Positions 1-9,124 of a DNA stretch of 64,000 bases are shown here, piece by piece. The stretch comes from an uncultured Thermodesulfobacteriota bacterium (lineage in GTDB: Bacteria > Desulfobacterota > Desulfarculia > JACQYL01). Location of the stretch: assembly GCA_964597345.1 (NCBI GenBank), contig CAZQXK010000007.1:6099-70098 (forward strand), written 5' to 3'. Below the pieces are notes generated by a model that saw nothing but the letters and a program-made list of their open reading frames with translations, searched no databases and was not told where the DNA came from. Each line of letters starts with the position of its first letter. The stretch's first letter is position 1. The position numbers were made by a program, and so were the translations under genes.

Positions 1-2011
1 GCTGTGTCCAGGAAGTGTGGACCTTGGCCTCCCGGGCCGCTTTTTCCATGAAAGTGAGAACCCGCTCTGTCTCGATGGGCCATGCCCCCACCAGGATCTG
101 GTAGAGAAGGTATTCCGCGTTTCGATCCGGAACATTCCCTTGGCGGTATTTCTCATTATGTATTGACCAGTGCCTGACCGCTTCCTTCCATGCCCTGGGG
201 ATTTCCGAGAGGAGGGTCAGCCGGGCTCTCACGTCTTCGCTCCGCTTGGTATCGTGGGTGGAGGTGGCGAGCATAGCATGAGGGTGGCAGTTTGCAGACT
301 CAATCATGACCTGGTGAAAGTCTTCTAAGGAAACCCTGAACCGGGAGGGATCTCCGCCCACTTCATTGAGGCATATCAAACGATTGAAACAATAAAATGC
401 CGTATCCTCGATCCCTTTGGCCGTGGCAGGTCCGCTCAGTTGCTGAAAGCGCATGACCCATTCGGTTTCCAGGTCTCCCCGACGTTCCAGGAGAAGCACG
501 CTTTTGAGAAAATCGAACAGTTCGGGATCAAGCTCAGGGCGCAGGGTTTTGGCGGTCTTTGTTGCCTCGCTAATGACCCTCCTGTCTTCCTCCCTGACGT
601 CTTCATTCCCTCTCACATATGTTCGATAGACAGGAAAGCAGGCGATAAATTCCCTGATGGCCTCGTTGATCTCCCAGCGGGTATAGTCTCGGTAGCGGCG
701 ATGCCGCTCGCAGACCTGCACCATCAGGTCGGTCAAACGGTTCACGTCGCTGGCAAGAAGCTCATGCAGGACGCGATGTTTTTTCTCCCTGGCAATGATG
801 GTGTAGTCTGTCTGCTCTCCGGTAAATGCCGCGTAGAAATCCGTCAAGGGTTTTTCCCCTGCGGGGTCGATGAAAAGGCCTCCCAGCAGGTTCAGGAAGT
901 CATAACCCGTGGTACCCTCCACCGGCCATGGGTCAGGTAGATGTTCGCCCGGATGGAGGATCTTTTCCACCACGATCCAGGCCTCGGGCGCCGCTTCCCG
1001 AAGCCGTTCAAGATATTGCTCCGGATCTCTGAGCCCGTCCGGGTGATCGATTCGAACGCCGTCAAGTACGCCTTCATTCAGCCATTTAAGGATAAGCCGA
1101 TGGGTGTCGGCAAAGACATTTTTGTCTTCTATACGCATACCGATGAGGGTGTTAATGTCAAAAAAGCGCCTGTAGCCCAGATCACGGGCTGCGGCGCGCC
1201 AGAAGGCCAGGCGATAATTCTGTTCATCCAGGAAGGCGTCCAGAAGATCGGGAGATGCATTGACCTCCTCAACAACCTCATCCACAGCGATGCAGGTCTC
1301 CTGAGATTCATCGAGCGCCTGGGTAAGCAGGTTCTGGATAAAGGTCCAGTTTCGGCGCCGGCGACGGGTGTTTTCAAACTCATGGGCCTTTGGAATGGGA
1401 AGATGGCTCAGGGCATCGACGATGAATGCAACTTTTTCGGAGCCTGAAACCCTGACTGCCTGATCCAGTATTCCTGCAAGCGAGCCCGGGGCCGCGGGTA
1501 GCATGTGATCATGGTATTGGATGGAAAAACAGCCTTTCTCATGGACCAGCTGGATCTCTCCCGCCTCGAGTACCCGACCGTAATGGTCCCCTAAAATGGG
1601 TAAAAGTATTTTGTTGGCTAACCGCTCTTCGGTGGGATTCCAGTTCACGTCAAAGTAGGCGGCATAGGGGCTGGAGGGACCGTCTTCCAGTACATCCCGC
1701 CACCAGGCGTTTTCCGGACCTGTAATGGCCATGTGGTTGGGAACCACGTCCAGGATCTGCCCCAAACCCCACTCTTGCAAGGCCGAGCATAGCGTCTGAT
1801 GCCCTTCTACACCGCCCAGCTCTTCGTTGACGCGCCCGGTGTCCACCACGTCGTATCCATGTGTGCTCCCTTTTGCGGCCTGGAGATAGGGAGAGGCATA
1901 GAGATGGCTGACCCCAAGGGCCGCGAGATAATCCGTCAGGGCGGCGGCGTCCTGGAATGTAAAGCCGGGATGAAACTGGAGCCGGTAGGTAGCCCGAGGA
2001 ATTTTTATCAT
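1..2011 (-). CDS. treY: malto-oligosyltrehalose synthase TreY, partial (3' end beyond window start)
   Basis: Not in ORF track because it runs off the window. Manual reverse-strand translation from ATG at 2011-2009 gives MIKIPRATYRLQFHPGFTFQDAAALTDYLAALGVSHLYASPYLQAAKGSTHGYDVVD...LDVVPNHMA...FDVNW, the canonical TreY N-terminus and GH13 core. Start is 1 nt after the glgX stop (TGAAATG). Plus-strand ORFs 440..940 and 941..1447 are shadow frames of this gene. Confidence 0.8.
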   Translation of the reverse strand, partial: MIKIPRATYRLQFHPGFTFQDAAALTDYLAALGVSHLYASPYLQAAKGSTHGYDVVDTGRVNEELGGVEGHQTLCSALQEWGLGQILDVVPNHMAITGPENAWWRDVLEDGPSSPYAAYFDVNWNPTEERLANKILLPILGDHYGRVLEAGEIQLVHEKGCFSIQYHDHMLPAAPGSLAGILDQAVRVSGSEKVAFIVDALSHLPIPKAHEFENTRRRRRNWTFIQNLLTQALDESQETCIAVDEVVEEVNASPDLLDAFLDEQNYRLAFWRAAARDLGYRRFFDINTLIGMRIEDKNVFADTHRLILKWLNEGVLDGVRIDHPDGLRDPEQYLERLREAAPEAWIVVEKILHPGEHLPDPWPVEGTTGYDFLNLLGGLFIDPAGEKPLTDFYAAFTGEQTDYTIIAREKKHRVLHELLASDVNRLTDLMVQVCERHRRYRDYTRWEINEAIREFIACFPVYRTYVRGNEDVREEDRRVISEATKTAKTLRPELDPELFDFLKSVLLLERRGDLETEWVMRFQQLSGPATAKGIEDTAFYCFNRLICLNEVGGDPSRFRVSLEDFHQVMIESANCHPHAMLATSTHDTKRSEDVRARLTLLSEIPRAWKEAVRHWSIHNEKYRQGNVPDRNAEYLLYQILVGAWPIETERVLTFMEKAAREAKVHTSWTQ

Positions 2012-2012
2012 T

Positions 2013-4118
2013 TCACTCCTTCCTCATGAGCAAGACCAGGGATCGGCCTTGGACAGGGATTTCCTCACCGGCGACCAGGGCCTTTTCTTCTTCGATGAAG
2101 CCTCCATCCGCGGTGTCGAGCACCCGGACCCACTGTTTGCCCCATTCCGGGCCGGGAAGTGCAAAGGGGATCGATTCATAATGGGCGTTGAAAAGAACCA
2201 GGAAAGAGTCGTCAACGATTTTCTCGCCGCGTACATCCGGATAGGGTATAGCCCTGCCGTTCAAGAAAACGGCGATGGACCTGGCAAATCCCTCGCCCCA
2301 GTTCTCTTCGGCCATCTCGATGCCATCCGGTATGAACCAGCCGATGTCCTCCACCCCGCTGCCGTGGATGGCCCTGCCGAAGAACCAGCCCCGGCGCATG
2401 AAGACCGGGTGCTCCAACCTGAACCGGATGAGATCCCGGGTGAACGCCAGAAGGGTATCATCGGTTTTCTCCCAGTCAAACCAGGAGATCTCGTTGTCCT
2501 GGCAATAGCCGTTGTTATTTCCCTTTTGTGTGCGGCCCATTTCATCCCCGCCAAGGAGCATGGGGACCCCTTGGGAGAGAAAAAGGGTTGACAGGAAATT
2601 GCGCACCTGTTTGGAGCGAAGTGCCAGGACGTCGGCATCATCCGTAAAGCCCTCCTCCCCGCAGTTCCAGGAGCGGTTGTCGTCTGTCCCGTCCCTGTTA
2701 TCCTCCCCGTTGGCCTCGTTATGTTTCTCGTTGTAGGAGACCAGGTCGTGGAGGGTGAACCCGTCATGGGCCGTGATGAAATTTATGCTGGCGTTAGGCC
2801 TTCTGGTGGTGCTTTCATAGAGGTCCGAGCTACCCGTGAACCGGAAGGCGAATTCGGCCAGGGTCCGATCCTCGCCGCGCCAGAAATCACGGACACAGTC
2901 CCGGTATTTGCCATTCCACTCCGACCACAGGGGAGGAAAATTACCTACCTGATAGCCCCCTTCCCCCACGTCCCAGGGCTCGGCAATGAGCTTCACCTGG
3001 CTGACCACCGGGTCCTGCTGGACCAGGTCGAAAAAGGCGGAGAGTTTGTCCACCTCGTGGAGCTCCCGGGCGAGAGTGGAAGCCAGGTCGAACCGGAATC
3101 CGTCCACATGCATCTCCATCACCCAGTAACGGAGGGAATCCATGATGAGCTGGAGCACGTGGGGGTGCCGCATGTTCAGGCTGTTTCCGGTACCTGTATA
3201 ATCCATGTAATAGCGGGGATCATCATCCATAAGGCGATAATAGGCTGCGTTGTCGATTCCCTTGAAGCAAAGCATCGGTCCCAGGTGGTTTCCCTCTGCG
3301 GTGTGGTTATACACAACGTCCAGGATCACCTCCAGGCCCGCTTCGTGGAAGGTCTTGACCATCTGCTTGAACTCCTGGACCTGCTGACCGAGTTGGCCCC
3401 TGCTCGCGTATCCGTTATGGGGGGCAAGATATCCGATGGAGTTATATCCCCAGTAGTTGCGAAGGCCCCGTTCCAGCAGGTGCGCGTCGTGAATGAACTG
3501 ATGAACGGGAAGAAGTTCTATGGCCGTCACCCCCAGTCTGGCGAGGTAATCGATGGCCGCCGGATGGGAAAGTCCCGCATATGTCCCTTGGATTTCAGAG
3601 GGGATGCCGGGATGGCGGGCAGTGAAACCCTTTACATGGACCTCGTAGATGATGGTCTCGTGCAAAGATCTTCCGGGCGGGTGGTCGTTTTCCCAGGCAA
3701 AAAAAGGATTGATCACCACGGACCTGGGAACAAAAGGCGCGCTGTCATCCTCGTTGAGGGATCCTTCCGGGTCCTTGAATTGATAGGGAAAGACGGCCTC
3801 ATTCCAATGGACCTCGCCTTCCACCGCCTTCGCATAGGGATCCAGCAGGAGTTTACGGGGGTTGCACCGGTGGCCGTGCTCGGGCGACCAGGGGCCGTGA
3901 ACACGGAAACCGTAGCGCTGCCCCGGTTCCACGTCCGGAAGGTATCCGTGCCAGCAGAAACCGGTGACCTCGGGAAGGCCCACGCGGTTCTCAGCCCCGG
4001 CTTCATCAAATAGACATAATTCTACTTTCTCGGCCACCTCCGAAAATACCGAAAAGTTGGTCCCCACACCGTCGTAGGTGGCGCCTAAGGGATAAGGTTT
4101 CCCAGGCAATAGTTTCAT
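2013..4118 (-). CDS. glgX: glycogen debranching enzyme GlgX/TreX (isoamylase, GH13)
   Basis: 701 aa; N-terminus MKLLPGKPYPLGATYDGVGTNFSVFSE and GH13 catalytic regions. RBS AAGGGGGATGG upstream. Followed immediately by treY, the treX-treY arrangement of the glycogen-to-trehalose pathway. Confidence 0.9.
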   Translation of the reverse strand: MKLLPGKPYPLGATYDGVGTNFSVFSEVAEKVELCLFDEAGAENRVGLPEVTGFCWHGYLPDVEPGQRYGFRVHGPWSPEHGHRCNPRKLLLDPYAKAVEGEVHWNEAVFPYQFKDPEGSLNEDDSAPFVPRSVVINPFFAWENDHPPGRSLHETIIYEVHVKGFTARHPGIPSEIQGTYAGLSHPAAIDYLARLGVTAIELLPVHQFIHDAHLLERGLRNYWGYNSIGYLAPHNGYASRGQLGQQVQEFKQMVKTFHEAGLEVILDVVYNHTAEGNHLGPMLCFKGIDNAAYYRLMDDDPRYYMDYTGTGNSLNMRHPHVLQLIMDSLRYWVMEMHVDGFRFDLASTLARELHEVDKLSAFFDLVQQDPVVSQVKLIAEPWDVGEGGYQVGNFPPLWSEWNGKYRDCVRDFWRGEDRTLAEFAFRFTGSSDLYESTTRRPNASINFITAHDGFTLHDLVSYNEKHNEANGEDNRDGTDDNRSWNCGEEGFTDDADVLALRSKQVRNFLSTLFLSQGVPMLLGGDEMGRTQKGNNNGYCQDNEISWFDWEKTDDTLLAFTRDLIRFRLEHPVFMRRGWFFGRAIHGSGVEDIGWFIPDGIEMAEENWGEGFARSIAVFLNGRAIPYPDVRGEKIVDDSFLVLFNAHYESIPFALPGPEWGKQWVRVLDTADGGFIEEEKALVAGEEIPVQGRSLVLLMRKE

Positions 4119-4360
4119 TTCAATCCATCCCCCTTTTCTATTGTTCTTTCTTTACTAAAGTTTAGAGCCATGTAGGTTCCCCGGTCGGTTTACGAGAAGA
4201 TGGGTCTCCATGACGGGTTGAATATCCGTTGGCGCAAGGTCTCGATTTGTGTGAGGAAAGCCGGATATCAGGCGGCGCGCCCGTACTCCTCCCGCAACCG
4301 CTCATAAACCCGTTTGGCCGTATGCCTCTGTTTGACCGGCCGCTTCGTGTCCTCCTCCAT

Positions 4361-4594
4361 CTACTGCCCGATCAGTTCCACGAACGGTCCTATCGCACGC
4401 TTCAGCCTTGGCTTCTCCAGCGTATACACCGGAATCCCCGGATCATCAATCGCCTTCCGAACCGTCTTTCGGCTGTGCCCCGTCTCCCGTGCTATCCGGC
4501 GAATCGACTTGCGTTTCACAAAATACTCCCTCCGAATCACGTCCTTCTGCTCCACCGTAAGCATCTCCTCCAACCCCCTGGCCTTGGCTCTCAT
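4361..4594 (-). pseudogene. IS21-family transposase IstA, N-terminal HTH fragment (77 codons)
   Basis: Translation MLTVEQKDVIRREYFVKRKSIRRIARETGHSRKTVRKAI matches the IstA N-terminal helix-turn-helix. ORF stops after 77 aa (full IstA is about 400-500 aa) and no istB follows. Confidence 0.6.
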
Positions 4595-4821
4595 CTACAC
4601 AGCCTATCGGCCAAAGGGCTTCTACGGTGGTCCCCTTTCAAATGTCCATTACCTACTGAAATGGTCCCCTTTTAAATGAAGCAATCCGGAATCATGCGGC
4701 GACTCCCTCAAACCAACTTATTCACCACCCTCAAGCCCAAAAGGGGGGACATAAAGTGATTCCGAGGGGGATAAGTAACCTGATCATTGACAAAAGGTGC
4801 GTGAAAACAACGCTCCGCATA

Positions 4822-4880
4822 ACCGGCTGGCAATGAAGCGCAGAGGCACTGCCAGTCCGAGTTGGCGCGGTTGTTGAAGA
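4822..4880 (-). repeat. 58-nt stem-loop element copy A, immediately 3' of the 4881..5459 gene
   Basis: About 80% identical to 5489..5547. Nested inverted repeats AACCG..CGGTT (outer) and CTGGCA(G/A)T..ATTGCCAG (inner) are conserved, with a G-U wobble change in the inner stem. Confidence 0.6.
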
Positions 4881-5459
4881 TCATATTTGAATCAGCTTCT
4901 TCCCCAAACGCCTTGCCTTTGCCGTCAAGGATGACGAAACCTCTTTTGACTTCTTGGTTCCTGGCTTCGTTATAGTACCCACAGTCTTGTAACCTCCGTA
5001 GTGTAACACCTCTTTGACGGATCGTATGGCCCCCCTACTCTCGGGAACAATGAAATTGAAGGGCCACGGTGTCGTGCATGCAGTAACGACCACCGCACGC
5101 TTCCCTTTCTGCCTTGGAACTGGCATACCACCTGGGCTTTCCCCCATGAATACTGGAATGTTACGGTCGAAAAGAAGCTTCAGCGGTGCGCACATGTTCC
5201 CCCAGTGCGTCGGTGTACCAATGACCAAGGCATCGGCCTCCTGAATCTTTTTACCCACTATGTGCGCATCATCTTCAGGGAGGATACATGACTCTTCTTC
5301 TCGGCAGACCATGCAGGCTGTGCAGTACTTCATATTGAGTTTGCATACATCAATCCACTCGATTTCATGCTCGACTGATAGAGGTTCGGTTAAGGCTTTG
5401 AGGAGTGAAGAAACCGTTCCGTCTTTTCGGGGACTTCCGTTGAGCACCAATACTTTCAA
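4881..5459 (-). CDS. iron-sulfur flavoprotein-like NAD(P)H-dependent FMN reductase (flavodoxin fold)
   Basis: 192 aa; N-terminus MKVLVLNGSPRKDGTVSSLL (flavodoxin-like FMN reductase signature) and compact Cys cluster CTACMVCREEESC as in Isf proteins. Confidence 0.75.
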   Translation of the reverse strand: MKVLVLNGSPRKDGTVSSLLKALTEPLSVEHEIEWIDVCKLNMKYCTACMVCREEESCILPEDDAHIVGKKIQEADALVIGTPTHWGNMCAPLKLLFDRNIPVFMGESPGGMPVPRQKGKRAVVVTACTTPWPFNFIVPESRGAIRSVKEVLHYGGYKTVGTITKPGTKKSKEVSSSLTAKARRLGKKLIQI

Positions 5460-5488
5460 CGTCCTATCTTTCCTTCCAACGCCCCAAT

Positions 5489-5547
5489 TAACCAGCTGGC
5501 AATGGAGTGCAACGGAATTGCCAGACCGAGTTGATGCGGTTGTTATG
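5489..5547 (-). repeat. 58-nt stem-loop element copy B, immediately 3' of the 5543..6358 gene (starts at its TAA stop)
   Basis: Paralog of 4822..4880. Perfect 8-bp stem CTGGCAAT/ATTGCCAG plus outer AACC/GGTT pairing. Confidence 0.6.
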
Positions 5548-6358
5548 CCCTTCTGACATTCAGGACTCCAATTTCAACTCCATTCTCGTTTTGAATCTTT
5601 GGAGGATCTATTTCTTTTCCGTCATGAAACACAGTCCATGGTGGGCCATCACCATCTTTAGTCTTCCCGTTTTTATCCTGCTTGCCTTTATTCCACACAG
5701 AAATGACCCAACGATGTTTTTCGGATAGAAATTTCCTTTTGAGCTCCATTTCAAACCGCGTCATACGGTCATGGATGGGATTAAGGATAACATTGGCCTG
5801 ATCGGGGATGGCCTTTCGCAACCCGAATGTGTCATGTATCTTTTTATCTTCTTTTGAATACTTGACGCCGTTTGTCTCTCCACAGAGCAGTACGCAACAA
5901 TTGCCCATAATACGTTTTGGCACTTCATGTTTTACGAAGTGGACAAGTTTATCTTGATGCATGCCCGTAATAGTTCCGAATGACTGACAAAATTCGTACT
6001 CATCCCAACTCGATGCGGAACGATAATAGACGACGTAGCGATCTGCCTTTCGAGTTGCCCCATCCTGAAACTCTTCAAGAAGAATGGTTCTTATATTCAT
6101 TAAATCATTAAGCGCAGCACGACAATTATAGTCATTCCGTGGAATAATGCTGAACGATGAAAATAAAACTGTGTCGCAGCCTTTATCGTCAAGTCGCTTT
6201 AGTACACAAGGGAACGAATGACTGAAATCCCTGCGCCTATTGGGAAATTGTAGTTGATAATTCCGAGAGACTATACCGATCTTGCAAATGTGGAGATCTG
6301 GCTTCGGTCCGGATAAAGCAATTGTCGATTGGACGATAGTGCTTCGATGCTTTGTCAC
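5543..6358 (-). CDS. hypothetical protein (low-GC, no recognisable domain)
   Basis: 271-aa ORF in a locally AT-rich segment, much lower GC than its flanks by eye. It is 3 nt upstream-coupled to the 6361..6972 ORF. No motif I can assign. Confidence 0.55.
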   Translation of the reverse strand: MTKHRSTIVQSTIALSGPKPDLHICKIGIVSRNYQLQFPNRRRDFSHSFPCVLKRLDDKGCDTVLFSSFSIIPRNDYNCRAALNDLMNIRTILLEEFQDGATRKADRYVVYYRSASSWDEYEFCQSFGTITGMHQDKLVHFVKHEVPKRIMGNCCVLLCGETNGVKYSKEDKKIHDTFGLRKAIPDQANVILNPIHDRMTRFEMELKRKFLSEKHRWVISVWNKGKQDKNGKTKDGDGPPWTVFHDGKEIDPPKIQNENGVEIGVLNVRRA

Positions 6359-6360
6359 AG

Positions 6361-6972
6361 TCAGCCTCCATAGGTTTTGTATAAGATAATGTCTCTGAAT
6401 GCTTCAAGATCAGATTTCTTTTTTGGATCAAGTGAGCACCACACCAAGTCGCGTGAATACAAGCGGACTGTTTTCCCTGTTTCCCAAAGCTGGGGTACAA
6501 AGTCCCTGAGAGTGTCATACCAAGCCCGTTGTTCATCTCGGTAAGGAGGGTCATTATCCCGCTTATTCAGCTCTCGACATAATTTGCGCCATCTATCAAT
6601 GGAGAAGCCATAATGCACCTTATTTGGATAAAGACTGAGCGCAATCTCTCGTAGTTTAGTGAAATGCTGTGATTCGTCAAATTCAATGATGGTACGCTCG
6701 TTAGGGATGAAGAAATCGACTCTTGGCAACCTCTTGGCTTTCACAAACTCGTAATGGCCCCTGTGTTTTTGAAGTGCTTGATAAACGAGTGATAGGTCTG
6801 CATAAATAGTGGTATTCATTAAGTCCTCTATCCTGGAGGCGAACTGAATGTCGTAGTCAACGTGAACCTTATCATAGATCGTAGCAAGCAAACTACGAAT
6901 GGTTTGTTTACAGTCTCTGCAACGCTCATTGTGTGAGTGTGTCATCAGTCGATGTCTTCTTGGGCATAACAA
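6361..6972 (-). CDS. hypothetical protein with N-terminal Cys/His cluster (possible HNH-like zinc finger)
   Basis: 203 aa; N-terminus CPRRHRLMTHSHNERCRDCK (C-x13-C-x2-C with H-x-H-N) and a later acidic stretch DFFIPNERTIIEFDESQHF. Low GC like the downstream partner. Confidence 0.55.
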   Translation of the reverse strand: MLCPRRHRLMTHSHNERCRDCKQTIRSLLATIYDKVHVDYDIQFASRIEDLMNTTIYADLSLVYQALQKHRGHYEFVKAKRLPRVDFFIPNERTIIEFDESQHFTKLREIALSLYPNKVHYGFSIDRWRKLCRELNKRDNDPPYRDEQRAWYDTLRDFVPQLWETGKTVRLYSRDLVWCSLDPKKKSDLEAFRDIILYKTYGG

Positions 6973-7135
6973 TAATTAGAGGGATCCCTATAAGATGGAG
7001 GCTTTTTGCTTTCTGGCCGCACAAAACGCCTCAAGATATTGCATAGCTGGAGGGAAATTGGGTATAAATCATCGTACTCTTCACGTCATTGTGGCGGAGA
7101 AGTTCCTCCACGGTGCTGATGTCATAGCCGCTGAA

Positions 7136-8305
7136 TCATTTTACAGGTCTTAGTGTCGGGATCAGTTCATATCTTTCGCCCACAGCGACAGGGATCGGTG
7201 GCAGCCATTTAAGGACAAGGCGGCGTTTGTCCGGTTCTTTCATCGGGCCTGTCCAGAAGCTGTGCCAGTGCGCAACCCGGACATGGGGTTTAGGGCTTCC
7301 ATGCGTCCCGCCTTTGTATTCGCTTCGTGTTTCTGCTTCAGCTTTTCGGAGCGCAACGCCTAGCCGGTAGCCTGTCTCCCAGATTACAGGTTTCTCTTTT
7401 GCAAAGAGCCGCAAGCCTTTTTTCGTCTTCACAGGCATTGGGCGAGTCGGGCGGCTGTTGTCCTTTGATCGTACATCGGCTCCTATGGAGCATAAGTACA
7501 GCACTAAGTTTACCATGGGCGCGACTGCTTTTGATGCGGTATCAAGCTCGTCCTTGCTCATGACCAGCAAATGATCCTGTTCCGGTGAGCCGAAGCGCAT
7601 GTTCTGTCTTCTTGAGTATTCCATTGCGTCTTCAATGGATTCAACAAGGCCCTCGGCGCGGAGATGTATCGGGAAGGGGACAAGGCCGTTCGGTAGCTCG
7701 ATTCCTGCCGCCCTATACGGAGCATGGCTGTCGTCGGTGTCAAAAAGCAGGCGCAGCTCTGAATGGCCTTCATTCACGTCGTATTCCAGTTGCGCGAAAA
7801 AGCCTACGAGTTTGTATTTGTAGAATTCCAGTCCGGGCGCAGGGATATAGACGCACCATTCAGGAAGATGGTAGAGCAAATGGACCGGCAGTTTTCCATC
7901 GAGGGGTGTTGCTGCGATGCTCTCAAACAGTGTCTCGTCGAAATGGTAGATGCCTTTTGTGATGCGCCAGGCGGAAAGTGCAGCGACCCTGCCGATGTCA
8001 AGGCCGGCTTTTGAGCCGTAGGGGATGCGGTTATCCCCGCCGCCGCTTACAATGGCGTAGCTTGCTGAAAAGGGTGCGAAGCACCAGTGCGGCCAGTCGC
8101 CGAGCTTTTTCCGCTCAGCGCGGAACATGTCCATCATACGCCAGGCGTGCGGGTATCTGCGGCTGATTGTTGCAAGATGGGACTCGAGCCGGGCGATGAG
8201 GGATTGCATAGGTTTTTCGGCCGGGGTTTTGCTCGTCATTGGCCTGAGCCTCACAAACTGCATAACGCATGGTTGAAGAAGGCTGCAGAACAGGTTGTTG
8301 CACAA
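7136..8305 (-). CDS. hypothetical protein (389 aa in ORF track; start likely further in, at MTSKTPAEK or MQSLIARLE)
   Basis: Long coherent ORF of host-like GC with no recognisable family. Preceded by a small 70-aa ORF. Confidence 0.5.
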   Translation of the reverse strand: MCNNLFCSLLQPCVMQFVRLRPMTSKTPAEKPMQSLIARLESHLATISRRYPHAWRMMDMFRAERKKLGDWPHWCFAPFSASYAIVSGGGDNRIPYGSKAGLDIGRVAALSAWRITKGIYHFDETLFESIAATPLDGKLPVHLLYHLPEWCVYIPAPGLEFYKYKLVGFFAQLEYDVNEGHSELRLLFDTDDSHAPYRAAGIELPNGLVPFPIHLRAEGLVESIEDAMEYSRRQNMRFGSPEQDHLLVMSKDELDTASKAVAPMVNLVLYLCSIGADVRSKDNSRPTRPMPVKTKKGLRLFAKEKPVIWETGYRLGVALRKAEAETRSEYKGGTHGSPKPHVRVAHWHSFWTGPMKEPDKRRLVLKWLPPIPVAVGERYELIPTLRPVK

Positions 8306-8332
8306 TCGACAACAGTGGCAATGCTTTCGCGT

Positions 8333-8545
8333 TTACACCTTCTCGCCGAAGCGTTTTTCTACGAGCGCGTCCGCCTCGGCTTCAATCTTCAGTTCGTTCA
8401 AGGCGTCCTGCGGGACGATGGCGATGATTTCTTCGTAACGTTCCCGTGACAGGCCGGTTCCTTTCCACGGCCGTGCAGAGAGGTACTGTTTCTTCGTGAT
8501 CCCGAGCCGTTGCCAGGGCTTTAATCTAAGCTCCCGGATTGACAA
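8333..8545 (-). CDS. small hypothetical protein (70 aa)
   Basis: ORF MSIRELRLKPWQRLGITKKQYLSARPWKGTGLSRERYEEIIAIVPQDALNELKIEAEADALVEKRFGEKV lies 28 nt upstream of the 389-aa ORF on the same strand. Confidence 0.3.
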   Translation of the reverse strand: MSIRELRLKPWQRLGITKKQYLSARPWKGTGLSRERYEEIIAIVPQDALNELKIEAEADALVEKRFGEKV

Positions 8546-8567
8546 GGCCTTTTCTCCATCGTATAGC
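8539..8567 (+). promoter_or_regulatory. sigma70-like promoter TTGACA-17-TATAGC
   Basis: TTGACA at 8539-8544, 17-nt spacer, TATAGC at 8562-8567. Would drive the 8603..8863 plus-strand ORF. Confidence 0.3.
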
Positions 8568-8602
8568 CTGCAACAAAGGCTTTCCTGCTTCGAGGTTTCG
8601 AG

Positions 8603-8863
8603 ATGGCTTACCTAACGCCGTACTCGATGGCCGGTCTTTTCATGGCGGTCTTTTTCGGGCTTTACCAGCCTGGGTACGTTCAGATGCGCTCGAAACTGAA
8701 AACCGTCTCCCTACCCACGCTCCTTTCTCAACTCCAAAGAATCAAAGTGGGGGAACTGGAAACCAGCGCCACCAAAACCCGTGTCGTAACCCGTCGCACG
8801 GATGAACAGAAACACAGGCTCGCCTTGATCGGAGCGCCCCCTATTCCATCGTCCCTGCCATGA
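8603..8863 (+). CDS. small hypothetical membrane protein (86 aa)
   Basis: ORF with hydrophobic N-terminal segment AGLFMAVFFGLYQPGYV, downstream of the near-consensus promoter. Confidence 0.25.
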   Translation: MAYLTPYSMAGLFMAVFFGLYQPGYVQMRSKLKTVSLPTLLSQLQRIKVGELETSATKTRVVTRRTDEQKHRLALIGAPPIPSSLP

Positions 8864-9124
8864 TGAAAGGCTTGTAGTATAGAAACCGCCCCACCGAAAT
8901 ACTTAACTACTTGATATTCTTATGGTTATATCGCACAAACTGTCAAACTTCGGCGGGCCTGAAGCGACATCGGCTGGATCGATTCACAACTCAGGGAAAG
9001 GGCGCGAATGGCGAGGACTCTTGACGTTCCCTGAGTGCGGGTATATCTTGACATAAATTATGTATATACAGAGTCATGCGCCTGCGTAACCGCCGTTCCC
9101 TTCCGGCATGGCGAGGAGGTTAAC

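Noticed and set aside
440-1447. Plus-strand ORFs 440..940 and 941..1447
   Set aside because: Shadow frames antisense to treY; translations are low-complexity and lack motifs.
2721-4013. 430-aa plus-strand ORF
   Set aside because: Antisense to glgX, a high-GC shadow ORF.
4822-5547. Integron attC sites (cassette array) interpretation of the 58-nt elements
   Set aside because: Stem-loop and gene-3' placement are attC-like, but the R''/R' core boxes are not convincingly present. There are only two copies, and no intI or attI is nearby. Kept as an unexplained structured repeat instead.
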